Source: an uncultured Planctomycetia bacterium
GTDB taxonomy: Bacteria; Omnitrophota; Gorgyraeia; 1-14-0-20-64-10
Reading direction: 5' to 3'
NCBI GenBank assembly: GCA_964373055.1
Contig: CAYJTM010000001.1
Coordinates: 28,688-92,687 of the forward strand
DNA length: 64,000 nt
Below, in pieces: positions 27,041 through 36,665 of the stretch. Below the pieces are notes generated by a model. It searched no databases, was not told where the DNA came from, and worked only from the letters and a program-made list of their open reading frames with translations. Every line of letters starts with the position of its first letter. Within the stretch, counting starts at the first letter, position 1. A program made the translations under genes and the position numbers.

Positions 27041-28764
27041 GGGTTCAAGAGGAGAGGTGTTCCCTGCTCGACCGGTCCTCCCCGGCTCAGCGTCAAGACC
27101 TGGTCAAACCGAAGCACGCTGGAGAGGTGATGGGCGACGACGAGGATGGTCCGCCGGCCTCTCTGCTCCTCCAACGTCCGGTGGATGTACTGCTCGGAGG
27201 CCGGGTCCAGGGCGCTGGTGGCCTCATCGAGGATCAGGATCTCCGGGTCGCGCACGATAGCCCTGGCCAGCGCGATCCTCTGCCGCTGGCCGCCGGAGAG
27301 GCGGCAGCCGCGATCACCGATAAGGGTGTCATACCCTTCATGCAGCCGCTCCACAAACTCCTCGACGCGCGCGGCGCGAGCGGCGGCCAGGATCTTCTCC
27401 GGCGTGGCCCGGGGGTCGCCGAAAGCGATGTTCTCCCGTATGCTGGCGTGAAAAAGAAAGGGGTCCTGGGCGACAACACCCAGCCGGTCGCGCCAGGAGT
27501 CCAGCGAGAAGGCCTGGATCGGCTCTCCATCCACAAGGATCTGCCCGGCGGTGGGCTCATAAAGCCGGACCAGGAGATCCAGCGCGGAGGATTTCCCGGA
27601 TCCGGAAGGCCCGACGAACGCTGTAAAACTGCCGCGAGGGATCCGGCAGGAGAAGTTCTCCAGGGCGGGCGGCTCATCCGGACGGTAGCGCAGCGCCACC
27701 TCCCGGAATTCGATCTCACGCCGCAGGCCGGCGAACCGGCGTCCCACGGAGGGGGAACCGCCGCCGGCCGCTTCCGCCGCCCGGAGGAAGTCCACGATCC
27801 TCTTCAGGTGGGGCTGGGAGCTGGCGATCGCGGAGAGACTCGTGTGGATCGCCCCGATCCGGGGCGACATCCGGTGCAGCGCGATCACGAATGCCAGAAG
27901 GGAGGGCAGCATCTGTTTGGCCTCGGAGCCGAGCCAAACATATCCGCTGAGCAGAAAAAAGCCGGCCCCCAGCACCATCAGCGAGTCCACCACCGGCTCC
28001 AACACGGAGCCCCAGATGGCGGTGTCACGGGAGGCGGAGGCGCCCCGGCGTGAGATCTCCTGCAACGAACGCATCGCCTCCTCCTGGCGGCTGAACGTGT
28101 GGATCAGGCGGATCCCCTGCACGAATTCGGTGCTGCGCTCATGGAGCCGCTGGGTCGCCTCCGTGAGGGAGCTTGCGTGGCGCTTGACCTCCACGATCAC
28201 GCGCTGCAAAAGACGGGAGATCAGCCCATAAACGATAAATGCGAGCAGGCTGAGCTGCCAGGAGATCGTCAGCAGGATCCCTGCATACACGGCAGCCAGC
28301 AGGCAACTTCGCACGAGGAGGTTTATCTGCGCCAGGAACTGGTGCAGCCACTGGGATTCCTGGAGCAGATGGGTCAAATCTCCCAGGCGGTAGGCGGAAA
28401 CCCGCTGGAACGGAAGCTCCATGATCCGACGGAAAATCCGCTGAAAGCCCTCCATCTGCACCCTGACCTGCAGATGGGCGGTGGCCCAACAGCCCGCGAA
28501 CTGCAGCAGCGATCTGGAAAGCTGGGCTCCGACGGCCAGCAGGACCAGCACCAGGAACAGTTTTCCCTGCCCCAGTTCTGCCAACATCCCGGGAAGCGCC
28601 TGTCCCGCGGAGGGAAAGTTGCCCACAAGGGTGTGAATGGCCAGGACGAGACAACCGATCGTGGCCCCCTCAAAGAAGGCGGCCAAGAGGTTGGCGACAC
28701 CGGCGGCCAGGGCCCACCGCCACCCTGCCCGCGTCACATCCCAAAGGAGATGCCTGGCTTTCAT
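27037..28764 (-). CDS. ABC transporter, fused permease/ATP-binding (type I exporter, MsbA-like)
   Basis: 575 aa; 6-TM N-domain, Walker A GPSGSGKSS, signature LSGGQRQRIALARA, Walker B ILILDEATSALD. Confidence 0.88.
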   Translation of the reverse strand: MKARHLLWDVTRAGWRWALAAGVANLLAAFFEGATIGCLVLAIHTLVGNFPSAGQALPGMLAELGQGKLFLVLVLLAVGAQLSRSLLQFAGCWATAHLQVRVQMEGFQRIFRRIMELPFQRVSAYRLGDLTHLLQESQWLHQFLAQINLLVRSCLLAAVYAGILLTISWQLSLLAFIVYGLISRLLQRVIVEVKRHASSLTEATQRLHERSTEFVQGIRLIHTFSRQEEAMRSLQEISRRGASASRDTAIWGSVLEPVVDSLMVLGAGFFLLSGYVWLGSEAKQMLPSLLAFVIALHRMSPRIGAIHTSLSAIASSQPHLKRIVDFLRAAEAAGGGSPSVGRRFAGLRREIEFREVALRYRPDEPPALENFSCRIPRGSFTAFVGPSGSGKSSALDLLVRLYEPTAGQILVDGEPIQAFSLDSWRDRLGVVAQDPFLFHASIRENIAFGDPRATPEKILAAARAARVEEFVERLHEGYDTLIGDRGCRLSGGQRQRIALARAIVRDPEILILDEATSALDPASEQYIHRTLEEQRGRRTILVVAHHLSSVLRFDQVLTLSRGGPVEQGTPLLLNP

Positions 28765-30065
28765 CGGAATTCACCCCGCCAGTAGAGGAACGTGAACCAG
28801 ATTCGAGAAAGAACGTAGGCCAACGGGAGAAGGAAGGGATACAAAATCTTGCGGAGCATATCCCGCCACGAGGTGAACCGGGCGTACCACCTAAGGGGCG
28901 GCACCTCTCCGGAGAACGGGAGGAGAACGTTGAGCAGGGCGCGGGGCCTGGATCGGCTCCGGCCGAGGACCATGAACGGGTACTCCAGCTCACGCATCTC
29001 CCGCTCGTAGATCACTTCCAGGAACGCGATTTCCCGCGGGAGCAGCCGTTTCTTCCAGCGCTCGGTGACCTCTCTGTTCGGCCTGAAGAAACGGTCTTGC
29101 CCTGGAGGATCGTTGGCCAGCGGGCCCTGCGTGAAGGGCTGGTACGCGGTGCTGAAGGCGCTCATCCCTTGCCAGGGGACCCCGTTGGAGGTTGGGACGT
29201 AGTCGGGCGAAGACCAGGGATCAAACCAGCTTACGCCAAGCCAGCGCGTGAGCCGTTCCAGCGTGGCCGCAAACCGGAGATTGAGATCCTCGTTCCGCAC
29301 CGTGAAAACTTGGGCCTGATCCACGCCGGATTTCCAGAAACGGACCGCCCGCGCGCCGCGCGTGGTGGTCAGCAGGATCCAAACCCATGTGAAGCCGTTC
29401 TCGCCCCGGAGGAACCGCTCCAGCGGGTACATGCTCCGCCACTGGTTGACATACTGGTGGCGCAGGGAGGCGAAGTTGGCGCGGGGATCCCGCACCAGAT
29501 GGATCACCCGGGCGGGAGGGGACTCTCTTCGGACGGCCTCCAGGAAAGCTCCGTCGTTGGACTCGACCGACTCGGTCAGCAGCAGGTACCGGATGGAGCG
29601 CAGGGACCTGCCGGTGGCCAGCGCGTAGCCCAGGTAGAGGGCCCGGACTACATCGGACGGGCTGACCTCCGCTTGGTCTCGCACGAGCGCGCGAAGGACC
29701 CGCCGCACCGCCTCTCGGTCGATCGGCGCGTTCGGGTCGTTTCCCATCCGGAGAAACAAGCGGCGGATCTCCGGGGTCGGGTCGTTCACCAGAAGGGAGA
29801 CATTGGTTTCGGTCATCAGATGCTCAAAGGCCTCCCTGCCGGGGAGGGCGCTCCGGCCTCGAGCGAGCTCCGTGAGGCCCTGGTAGAGATAGGAGACATA
29901 AGGCAGGGTCAGGACCTCCGGGTGCCGGTCGAACAGCCGGGTGAAGAAATTTCCGCCCGCCCGGGCATGATCCACCGCGAGGAGAAGAGGCGCTTGCCGT
30001 ATCCCCGCGAAGGCCTCCCCGAGGTCGGCCGGGGCGGCCTGCAGAGGGGCGGAGGAGATCGTCAT
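28761..30065 (-). CDS. Sulfotransferase-domain protein with C-terminal membrane anchor
   Basis: Start MTISSAPL (30065, ATGA overlap); HARAGGNFF resembles the 5'-PSB loop, HLVRDPRANFAS the 3'-PB motif (RDPRD...S); hydrophobic C-terminus ILYPFLLPLAYVLSRIWFTFLYW. Confidence 0.55.
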   Translation of the reverse strand: MTISSAPLQAAPADLGEAFAGIRQAPLLLAVDHARAGGNFFTRLFDRHPEVLTLPYVSYLYQGLTELARGRSALPGREAFEHLMTETNVSLLVNDPTPEIRRLFLRMGNDPNAPIDREAVRRVLRALVRDQAEVSPSDVVRALYLGYALATGRSLRSIRYLLLTESVESNDGAFLEAVRRESPPARVIHLVRDPRANFASLRHQYVNQWRSMYPLERFLRGENGFTWVWILLTTTRGARAVRFWKSGVDQAQVFTVRNEDLNLRFAATLERLTRWLGVSWFDPWSSPDYVPTSNGVPWQGMSAFSTAYQPFTQGPLANDPPGQDRFFRPNREVTERWKKRLLPREIAFLEVIYEREMRELEYPFMVLGRSRSRPRALLNVLLPFSGEVPPLRWYARFTSWRDMLRKILYPFLLPLAYVLSRIWFTFLYWRGEFR

Positions 30066-31096
30066 AGCTGAAGAGAGGGAGGCGCCGGTTCCTTGAACAC
30101 CGCCGGATCTACCTCGCGCCCCCCGTGAGCCTGATAGCGGCGGACCAGCCCCATCGTCATGCGCACGCACTCCACCGGGTACTTTCCGATCGCCGTCTCC
30201 GCCGCCAGGACCAGGCCGTTGGCCCCATCCAGCAGCGTGTTGGCGATGTCATTGACCTCCGCCCGCGTCGGGTAGGGCCGCTCCACCATGCTCTCAAGCA
30301 GGTTGGTCGCCACATAAACGGGGATCGGCCGCCGGACCGCCTTCGAGATGATCCACTTTTGGATCGCCGGGATCTCCTCCAACGGAACGCTGCGCGAGAG
30401 ATCCCCCCGGTCAATCAGCAGGGCGTTGGACTCTCCGATGATCTCATCCAGATGAACCAGCGAGGGGCGGTTCTCAATCTTCGAGAGGATGCTCGACTCC
30501 GGGCCGACCAGCTCCCGGAGCATCCGCACCGCCTCCGCGCTTGAGCAGAAGGAGTAGGAGTAGAAGCGGATCCCCAGCCGGCGCGCCAGGGCCACCGCCC
30601 GTCTGTCCTTTGGGGTCAGCGGTGGAAGCGACAGCTCCCGATCCGGCGCCACCCCCTTGTTGCTGCCGATCCGTCCCCTGCTTAAGACCCGCGCCTTGAA
30701 CCCCTCCCCTTCTCGTTCTCCGACGCGCAGCACGCAGGTGTCAAAATCGACCCGCAAGGTCATGCCCGGCTCCAGAAAGGGAAACGCCTCAGTCGGATAG
30801 AGCGCCAGGCGCTGTGGGTTCCCTTCGGCTGTTCCCGGCACCAGATGGACCGTTTGCCCTGAGCTCAAATCCACCCGCCCCCCCTGCATCGGCCCGGTCC
30901 GGATCTGCGCTCCCTCCGTATCCAAGCAGATGGGGACCTCCGTCGCCGCCCGGATCTCCCGAACCAGCGACTCTAACTCCTCTAACGGCGTGTGGGAAAG
31001 GTTGATCCGAAAAAGGTTCGCCCCAAACCCTTCCATCTGCCGGAGAATGGCTGGGTTTCGGGAGGCCGGCCCGACGGTGCAGATCAGCTTAAACAT
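30062..31096 (-). CDS. Pyruvate kinase-like protein (barrel + lid domains, lacks C-terminal regulatory domain)
   Basis: 344 aa; ICTVGPAS, FRINLSHT, EIRTG-like, KIENRPSL, IDRGDLS, TRAEVNDIANTLLDGANGLVLAAETAIGKYP all parallel PK core motifs. About 120 aa shorter than canonical PK. Confidence 0.75.
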   Translation of the reverse strand: MFKLICTVGPASRNPAILRQMEGFGANLFRINLSHTPLEELESLVREIRAATEVPICLDTEGAQIRTGPMQGGRVDLSSGQTVHLVPGTAEGNPQRLALYPTEAFPFLEPGMTLRVDFDTCVLRVGEREGEGFKARVLSRGRIGSNKGVAPDRELSLPPLTPKDRRAVALARRLGIRFYSYSFCSSAEAVRMLRELVGPESSILSKIENRPSLVHLDEIIGESNALLIDRGDLSRSVPLEEIPAIQKWIISKAVRRPIPVYVATNLLESMVERPYPTRAEVNDIANTLLDGANGLVLAAETAIGKYPVECVRMTMGLVRRYQAHGGREVDPAVFKEPAPPSLQL

Positions 31097-31108
31097 AGGG
31101 ACATGATA

Positions 31109-33001
31109 CTATAACCCGCGTGGAGCGTCCAAGGGGCGCTCGAGGGAACGAAGCCACACTTCAAACGTCAGCAGCAGCCACAACCTCTGGCCGGCATCCT
31201 CCCGCCCGCTGTCATGATGATGAAGGAAGGCCTGCAGCCCTTCCGGCTTGAGGTACCGAAGCACTCTCGGGCGCCCCGCCGCAAGGAGGTCGTGCAGCGG
31301 TTCCTTCCAGGGACCCCGGAACCAGGTTTCAAGCGGAACGCCAAACCCCATCTTCCTGCGGGTCAAGATCGGTTGCGGGAGGTCATCCCGGAACGCTCTC
31401 CGCAAGATCCATTTCGTGACCCCTTTTCTCCACTTGAAGCGGTCCGGCAGAGAAAAGCTCCATTCGATCAAGCGCGTATCCAGGAAAGGAGAGCGGGTTT
31501 CCAGGCCGTGGGCCATGCTGCATCGATCCAACTTCACGTTTAAATCATTCGGCAGGTAATCGTGAAAATTGAGCCGGAGGAGTTGTTGCAGCGGGGTCGC
31601 CCCCTGCTCCACGGCCACGGCCGGATCCGGCTGGCGGTATTCCGGTCGCAGGATGGAGTCCAGGTCCGGGAAGTAGCGCATCCAGGAGGAAAACCGTTCC
31701 GGTAGCCCTAAGTGGGCGGACGCGAAGAAACGGCGCAGCCGCGTCCAAGAGGATTTCTGAGAAGCCCCGGCCGGCAGCCGGTTCGCGAGATGAGAAGCGA
31801 GCAAGCGGATGGGACGCGGAATCCTCTCGGCAAAGAGGCCCGCCGAAAAGCGGTCGTAACCGGCAAAGAGCTCATCCCCGCCGTCCCCGGTGAGGGCCAC
31901 GGTCACCTGGGACCGGGCCCACTGGGACAGCAGGTAGGTGGGAACCGCGGAAGAATCTCCGAAGGGCTGGTCATGGTGCCAGACGAGTTTTTCCAGAAGA
32001 TCGAAGGACTGGGCGGTTACGGTGAACAGATGATGCCGGGTTCCAAACCGGGCCGCCGCTTGGTTCGCGAAGGAGGCCTCGTTGTAGCGCTCATCCCCTT
32101 CAAACCGGATGCTGAAGGTGCGAAGCGGTTCCCCCGTGATCAGCTTCGACAACAGAGAGACCACGATGCTCGAGTCCAACCCACCGCTTAGGAAAGCGCC
32201 CAGAGGCACGTCGGAAATGAGCCGGCGGCGGACAGACTGGGTCAAGAGGTCCCGCAGCTGGTCGACGGCTTCCTGATCGGACCGAGGCGCCGGAACGGCG
32301 CCGGGGACCGGGTTTGGGGCTGGGAGAGACCAGTAGACGCGGGGCTGGGGATCCGGATCATCGGCGCGGAAACGGAGCAAGGCGGCCGGAGGGACTTGGC
32401 GTATTTCTCGATAGCAAGTCAAGCCGGCGGGAGGGGCGCCGAAGGCCAGCAGAACTCCCAAGGCCTTCTCGTTGACCTCCCGGGGAACGTGGGGATGGGC
32501 CAAGAGGGCCTTGATCTCTGAGGCGAAGGTGACACAGCGGCCGTCGGTCCAGTAATAAAGCGGCTTCTTGCCCGTGCGATCGCGCGCCAGCAGGAGCTCT
32601 TGACGGCGGGAGTCCCACAAAGCGATGGCAAACATCCCGTCCAGGCGCGGGATCGCTTCCGCTCCCCAGACCTCGTAGGCGCGAAGGATGACCTCGGTGT
32701 CCGACCGGCTCCGGAATCGGCAGCCGCGCGCAGTCAGCTCCTCCCGGAGCTCCTTGAAATTATAGATCTCGCCGTTGAAGCAAATCCAGAGGGATCCGCT
32801 TTCATTCGACATGGGTTGGTCGGCCGCTTCCGACAGGTCGATCACCCTCAGGCGGGCGTGGGCCAGCGCGATTCCCGGTTCCGGAAGGAGATGGGCAAGC
32901 CGGTCGGGCCCCCGGTGCTTCAACCGGTCGGCCATGGAAGCGGCTTCTTGCTCCGCCACCGGCCGGCGATCCCAATGGACAATCCCCCCGAATCCGCACA
33001 T
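31109..33001 (-). CDS. asnB: Asparagine synthetase (glutamine-hydrolysing) family amidotransferase (AsnB/WbpS-like)
   Basis: 630 aa; N-terminal MCGFGGIV (Ntn Cys2), SGGLDSS PP-loop. Confidence 0.88.
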   Translation of the reverse strand: MCGFGGIVHWDRRPVAEQEAASMADRLKHRGPDRLAHLLPEPGIALAHARLRVIDLSEAADQPMSNESGSLWICFNGEIYNFKELREELTARGCRFRSRSDTEVILRAYEVWGAEAIPRLDGMFAIALWDSRRQELLLARDRTGKKPLYYWTDGRCVTFASEIKALLAHPHVPREVNEKALGVLLAFGAPPAGLTCYREIRQVPPAALLRFRADDPDPQPRVYWSLPAPNPVPGAVPAPRSDQEAVDQLRDLLTQSVRRRLISDVPLGAFLSGGLDSSIVVSLLSKLITGEPLRTFSIRFEGDERYNEASFANQAAARFGTRHHLFTVTAQSFDLLEKLVWHHDQPFGDSSAVPTYLLSQWARSQVTVALTGDGGDELFAGYDRFSAGLFAERIPRPIRLLASHLANRLPAGASQKSSWTRLRRFFASAHLGLPERFSSWMRYFPDLDSILRPEYRQPDPAVAVEQGATPLQQLLRLNFHDYLPNDLNVKLDRCSMAHGLETRSPFLDTRLIEWSFSLPDRFKWRKGVTKWILRRAFRDDLPQPILTRRKMGFGVPLETWFRGPWKEPLHDLLAAGRPRVLRYLKPEGLQAFLHHHDSGREDAGQRLWLLLTFEVWLRSLERPLDAPRGL

Positions 33002-33002
33002 G

Positions 33003-35999
33003 CTATAGCCAACCCTTCAGCCGGTAGTAGAGGATGCTGAACATTTCGTGAAGAATCCCCCGCAGCTGCTTGTACGTGATGGCGCCGTGCGGCGCGTAAT
33101 AACCGCTTTCGTGGGCCGGCGTGTGAACGACCTGAAGCCCAGGGGCGTTGCGTCGGAAGGTCAGGTCGGCCCGGCGGCCATGGTAAGGGGAGGTGACCAG
33201 CAGGATCCGTTTCCAACCCCTTTGCCGAGCGGTCTCCTTGACCTGCAGCACGTAATCCTTCGTGGAGCCGACCCGGGTCTCCTTCCGGATGGCCGCATCA
33301 GGCACGCCCAAGCTTTCCGTGAGGAGGGCCATCACATCCGCCTCGCGAAAGATCCGGGTAAAACCGGAGATCAGGAGGATCTCCGGAGCATATCCCTGTT
33401 GATAAAGCTGCACCGCCTGTTTTACCCGTTCCTCATAACCCTCCCCCGCTTGACCGGATTCACCGACTCCCCCCGCGAAGACGACAACGGCATCCGCCTT
33501 TCTCGGCGGGTCGGAGATGCGCAGCGGACTTGCCGCCCACCAGAGCAAGGGCGTCTGGAAGAACAGCAGGTAAACGCACAGAACCCCCGCCGGAAGAAGG
33601 AGCGCGCGCCACATCAACCTCTGGGAGGTCCTGCGAAGGATCCCGCTCCAGCCCTCAGATCGGGCCCGGCGCTTGGTCCGAAGCGCCTCCTCCAGGATCC
33701 CACTCATTGAATCGATCCGGTCGGGCCAAGAATGCGTGCGGGCGACCGCCTTGCGCAGCTCCTTGTAGCGCGGATCCTTTTCGTCGAGGGCCTCCCGTAC
33801 GTGGGCTTCGAACTGGCCGGCGTTTTCTCCGATGCGGACGAGAGCGCTGTTCCCTCGCGCGATCTCCAACACCTCCGGCAGGGCGGTGGAGACGACCGGT
33901 TTCCCCAGGCTCAGGTACTCGTAGAGCTTGGTGGGATACACCGTTTGGGTGTAGGGGTTGAGGCAATAGGGAATCAGGCAGACGTCGAAGTGGGCCATGT
34001 GCTGGGGGATTTTCTCATGCGGCTGAGACCCGAGCCAAAAGACATTGCGCTTTTGGCGGAGATTCTGCGCCGGTTCCTGGGACGGCCCCACCAAGACGAT
34101 CGACCAGTCCGGATGCCGGTCGGCGAGGGTGCCCAACAGCTCGAAGTCCACGTGGCGCTGCAGCGCCCCCACGTAGCCGATCCGGGGCCGCGGGATTTTG
34201 GCCAGCTCCTCCGGAATCTCCATCAACTCCGGCCGCTCAAAAAGCTCCGGGCGGACCCCGAACGGAAAGATAGAGACATTCGAGACGAATGGGCGGCAGC
34301 GCTGGGCCAGCAGCTCTCCCTGGGCGAACACCACATCGGTGCGGCGCAGCAGCGCCTGCTGGGCTTTCCGGACCTTCCGAGAAGGGCCGACCTTCTCGAA
34401 ATCGGCGATGCAGTAATAGACCACCAGCTCCGGGTCCAGCACATCCATCAGGTCCAGCGTGATGCGGGTCGGCAAGAAGGTCCAGAGGATGGGATTCTTG
34501 GAGCCTACCAGCCGCAGCCATTCGCGAATCGTGCGGTACAAAAGGAACCGGTTGATGGTGCCGGCCAGCCGGGAATACGGGAAGGGAAAGATCACCGGGG
34601 AGCAGACCCAGAGGCGCTCCCGGATTTTCCGGATGCCTCCGACGTTCCTTCTCCAGTTGGCCAGGCGGGCCCCCAGCCGGGAGAGATCCTTCAGGCCAGG
34701 CACGCGAATCCCGGTATTTTCGATGAAGAGGACCGTGTTCCCTTGATCGGCAAAGGCGGACATGACCTCCTGGTGTCCCTGCCAGTTGAAATCCCAATCA
34801 ATGGAAGAGACGCAGACAACGGTCTCGGAATTGAGCCGCGGGGCCGGCGCGTGTCCTGGCTCAGAGGTCCCGTTCTGTCCGACCCTCAAGACCGGCGCGT
34901 GCCGTTTGGACGCCGGGAGGATCTCCTCCAGCGCCTGGAGAAATTTCGGAGCGAACTGGGACAGCGCGTACTGCTCTTCGACGGAGCGCCGCCCGGCGTC
35001 CCCGAGCCGGCGCCGGAGTTCGGAACCGTCCAGCAGCCTCTCCAGGGCGGGCAACCACTCCTCCGGAGAGCGGGCCAGCAGTCCATCCGTGCCGTGGCGG
35101 ATGATTTGGTTGTTCATTCCAATGGCGGATGCGACGACAGGCACGCCGGAGGCCATGAACTGGAGTGCCTTGTAGCCGCATTTTCCTCTTGACCACTCGT
35201 CATCCCAGAGCGGATAAACCCCGATGTCGCAGTTCCGGAACTCTTCCGCCTCCGTTTGCAGGTCCCACCCCTTGCAGTCCACCTCCACGCCCGGAATCCG
35301 GACCGGCTGGCCCGCCCCCACCACCTTCAGCCGAAACCGATGGGTGCGGGCCAATTGCTGGAAGACCGGGGTCAGACTCAGCAGATACTTCGCCGTGCTG
35401 GGGGATCCGATCCAACCCACCGTGAGGAGAGACCCGCCGGGATTGTTGGATCTTGGAACGTAGCGATCCGTGTCCACCGGCGTGGGGAGGCAAACCACAT
35501 CGGGGTTCAACTTCGCCGCGTATTCGGCCAGAAATGAATTGCCGGCAATGACGCGCCGGCTCAAGGCGATCAGGTGCCGGACGCTGTGGGTGTTTTCCAG
35601 TTTTCCCACGAGGCCTCGGTTACGCCGGTGAGGCAAAAAGATGGCGTCGTCGAAATCGTAGATCACGGGCGCTCCATGCCGCCGGAGTTCCCCCTCTAGA
35701 AGTGCCATGCCGGGCAGGAGCCCCAGCGGAAACAGCTCCCGGTGGATGAAGACCAGGTCGTATCGGGTGCCGCGCAAGACCTCCAACCTTTTTCGAGCTC
35801 CCTTCAGCAGCCAACCGGTCTTGCTCCCCGCCTTGCCGGGCGCGTAGAGCTCCTCCAAGGATTCCGAAGGGAAGAAGGGATGGAACTGGATTTCATAACC
35901 GGCTTCGCGCAGGGCCGGTTCGTAGGCCAGCACCCGGTACCGGGTGGAAGCCACCTCGAGGGGGTGTGTCGCCAGGAAGAGGAGGCGGACGTTATTCAT
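33003..35999 (-). CDS. Multidomain protein: two tandem GT4/GT1-type (GT-B) glycosyltransferase domains + TM segment + C-terminal DUF218 (SanA/YdcF-like) domain
   Basis: Start MNNVRLLFLATHPLE (35999). Two GT-B C-domains (EWSRGKCGYKALQFMASGVPVV; TVYPTKLYEYLSLGKPVV), TM LLPAGVLCVYLLFF, then ADAVVVFAGGV...ILLISGF typical of DUF218. Confidence 0.75.
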   Translation of the reverse strand: MNNVRLLFLATHPLEVASTRYRVLAYEPALREAGYEIQFHPFFPSESLEELYAPGKAGSKTGWLLKGARKRLEVLRGTRYDLVFIHRELFPLGLLPGMALLEGELRRHGAPVIYDFDDAIFLPHRRNRGLVGKLENTHSVRHLIALSRRVIAGNSFLAEYAAKLNPDVVCLPTPVDTDRYVPRSNNPGGSLLTVGWIGSPSTAKYLLSLTPVFQQLARTHRFRLKVVGAGQPVRIPGVEVDCKGWDLQTEAEEFRNCDIGVYPLWDDEWSRGKCGYKALQFMASGVPVVASAIGMNNQIIRHGTDGLLARSPEEWLPALERLLDGSELRRRLGDAGRRSVEEQYALSQFAPKFLQALEEILPASKRHAPVLRVGQNGTSEPGHAPAPRLNSETVVCVSSIDWDFNWQGHQEVMSAFADQGNTVLFIENTGIRVPGLKDLSRLGARLANWRRNVGGIRKIRERLWVCSPVIFPFPYSRLAGTINRFLLYRTIREWLRLVGSKNPILWTFLPTRITLDLMDVLDPELVVYYCIADFEKVGPSRKVRKAQQALLRRTDVVFAQGELLAQRCRPFVSNVSIFPFGVRPELFERPELMEIPEELAKIPRPRIGYVGALQRHVDFELLGTLADRHPDWSIVLVGPSQEPAQNLRQKRNVFWLGSQPHEKIPQHMAHFDVCLIPYCLNPYTQTVYPTKLYEYLSLGKPVVSTALPEVLEIARGNSALVRIGENAGQFEAHVREALDEKDPRYKELRKAVARTHSWPDRIDSMSGILEEALRTKRRARSEGWSGILRRTSQRLMWRALLLPAGVLCVYLLFFQTPLLWWAASPLRISDPPRKADAVVVFAGGVGESGQAGEGYEERVKQAVQLYQQGYAPEILLISGFTRIFREADVMALLTESLGVPDAAIRKETRVGSTKDYVLQVKETARQRGWKRILLVTSPYHGRRADLTFRRNAPGLQVVHTPAHESGYYAPHGAITYKQLRGILHEMFSILYYRLKGWL

Positions 36000-36651
36000 C
36001 GGATTCCAGCGGCCGGCCCAACAGCCGTTTCCCCGCCCTCTTAAGCTCATGGAGGATTCTTGGGCCCGGCATCTGCATCCGCGCCCGGAGGGTTTGGGGG
36101 ACGGAGAACCGGCCTAGACCCGCCTGCTGAACGCTCATGAGCCGGCCGGCCGCGTCCCGGAGGGCAACGCCCTGCGCGACATCCCAAACGGTCCAGTGGT
36201 CCCCCAGGCGCACAAAGGAGAACACCCGGTCTGGAGAGCCGTCGCGGCCCCGGATCACCCTCCAGAAGGAGGGGATGCCCGCGTAGGTCGCCAGCGTCGT
36301 GAAGACGTCGGCCGCTTGATCCTTGGTTCCGTAGCCGCGGATGATGATGTGGGTGATGTGATCATCCACAATCGGCCATCCGGGAGGCACCGGGCGGATC
36401 TGCTCACGGGTCCACCTGAACAACGTCTCCGCCTTCGCCTCTTCCGGCACCACGCCCCGGGTGACCTCGGCGGCCAGGCGCCGGTACTCGTAGTCACGCA
36501 CCAGAAAGCCCATCCCTTTGACGCCGACCGGGATCTGCTTCTCGGTAACCTTGAAATTGACGCCCTGCCGGGTGGTGGCCGGCCAAGCCAGCAGGCCCAG
36601 CAGCAAGAGGCCCGCCAGGGACCCAAAGAAAACTTTTTTCGGAAAACGCAT
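35992..36651 (-). CDS. Secreted/lipoprotein-like hypothetical protein (possible degenerate transglutaminase-like core)
   Basis: 219 aa; N-terminal signal peptide MRFPKKVFFGSLAGLLLLGLLA; segment GYGTKDQAADVFTTLATYAGIPS resembles the G-x-C...GIPAR core, but Cys is replaced by Thr. Confidence 0.5.
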   Translation of the reverse strand: MRFPKKVFFGSLAGLLLLGLLAWPATTRQGVNFKVTEKQIPVGVKGMGFLVRDYEYRRLAAEVTRGVVPEEAKAETLFRWTREQIRPVPPGWPIVDDHITHIIIRGYGTKDQAADVFTTLATYAGIPSFWRVIRGRDGSPDRVFSFVRLGDHWTVWDVAQGVALRDAAGRLMSVQQAGLGRFSVPQTLRARMQMPGPRILHELKRAGKRLLGRPLESDE

Positions 36652-36665
36652 GAGGATGGCCCTAT

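Noticed and set aside
35992-36651. Transglutaminase-like cysteine protease assignment for the secreted 219-aa protein
   Set aside because: The nucleophile position carries Thr instead of Cys, and the match is a single short segment. It is kept only as a hypothetical secreted protein.
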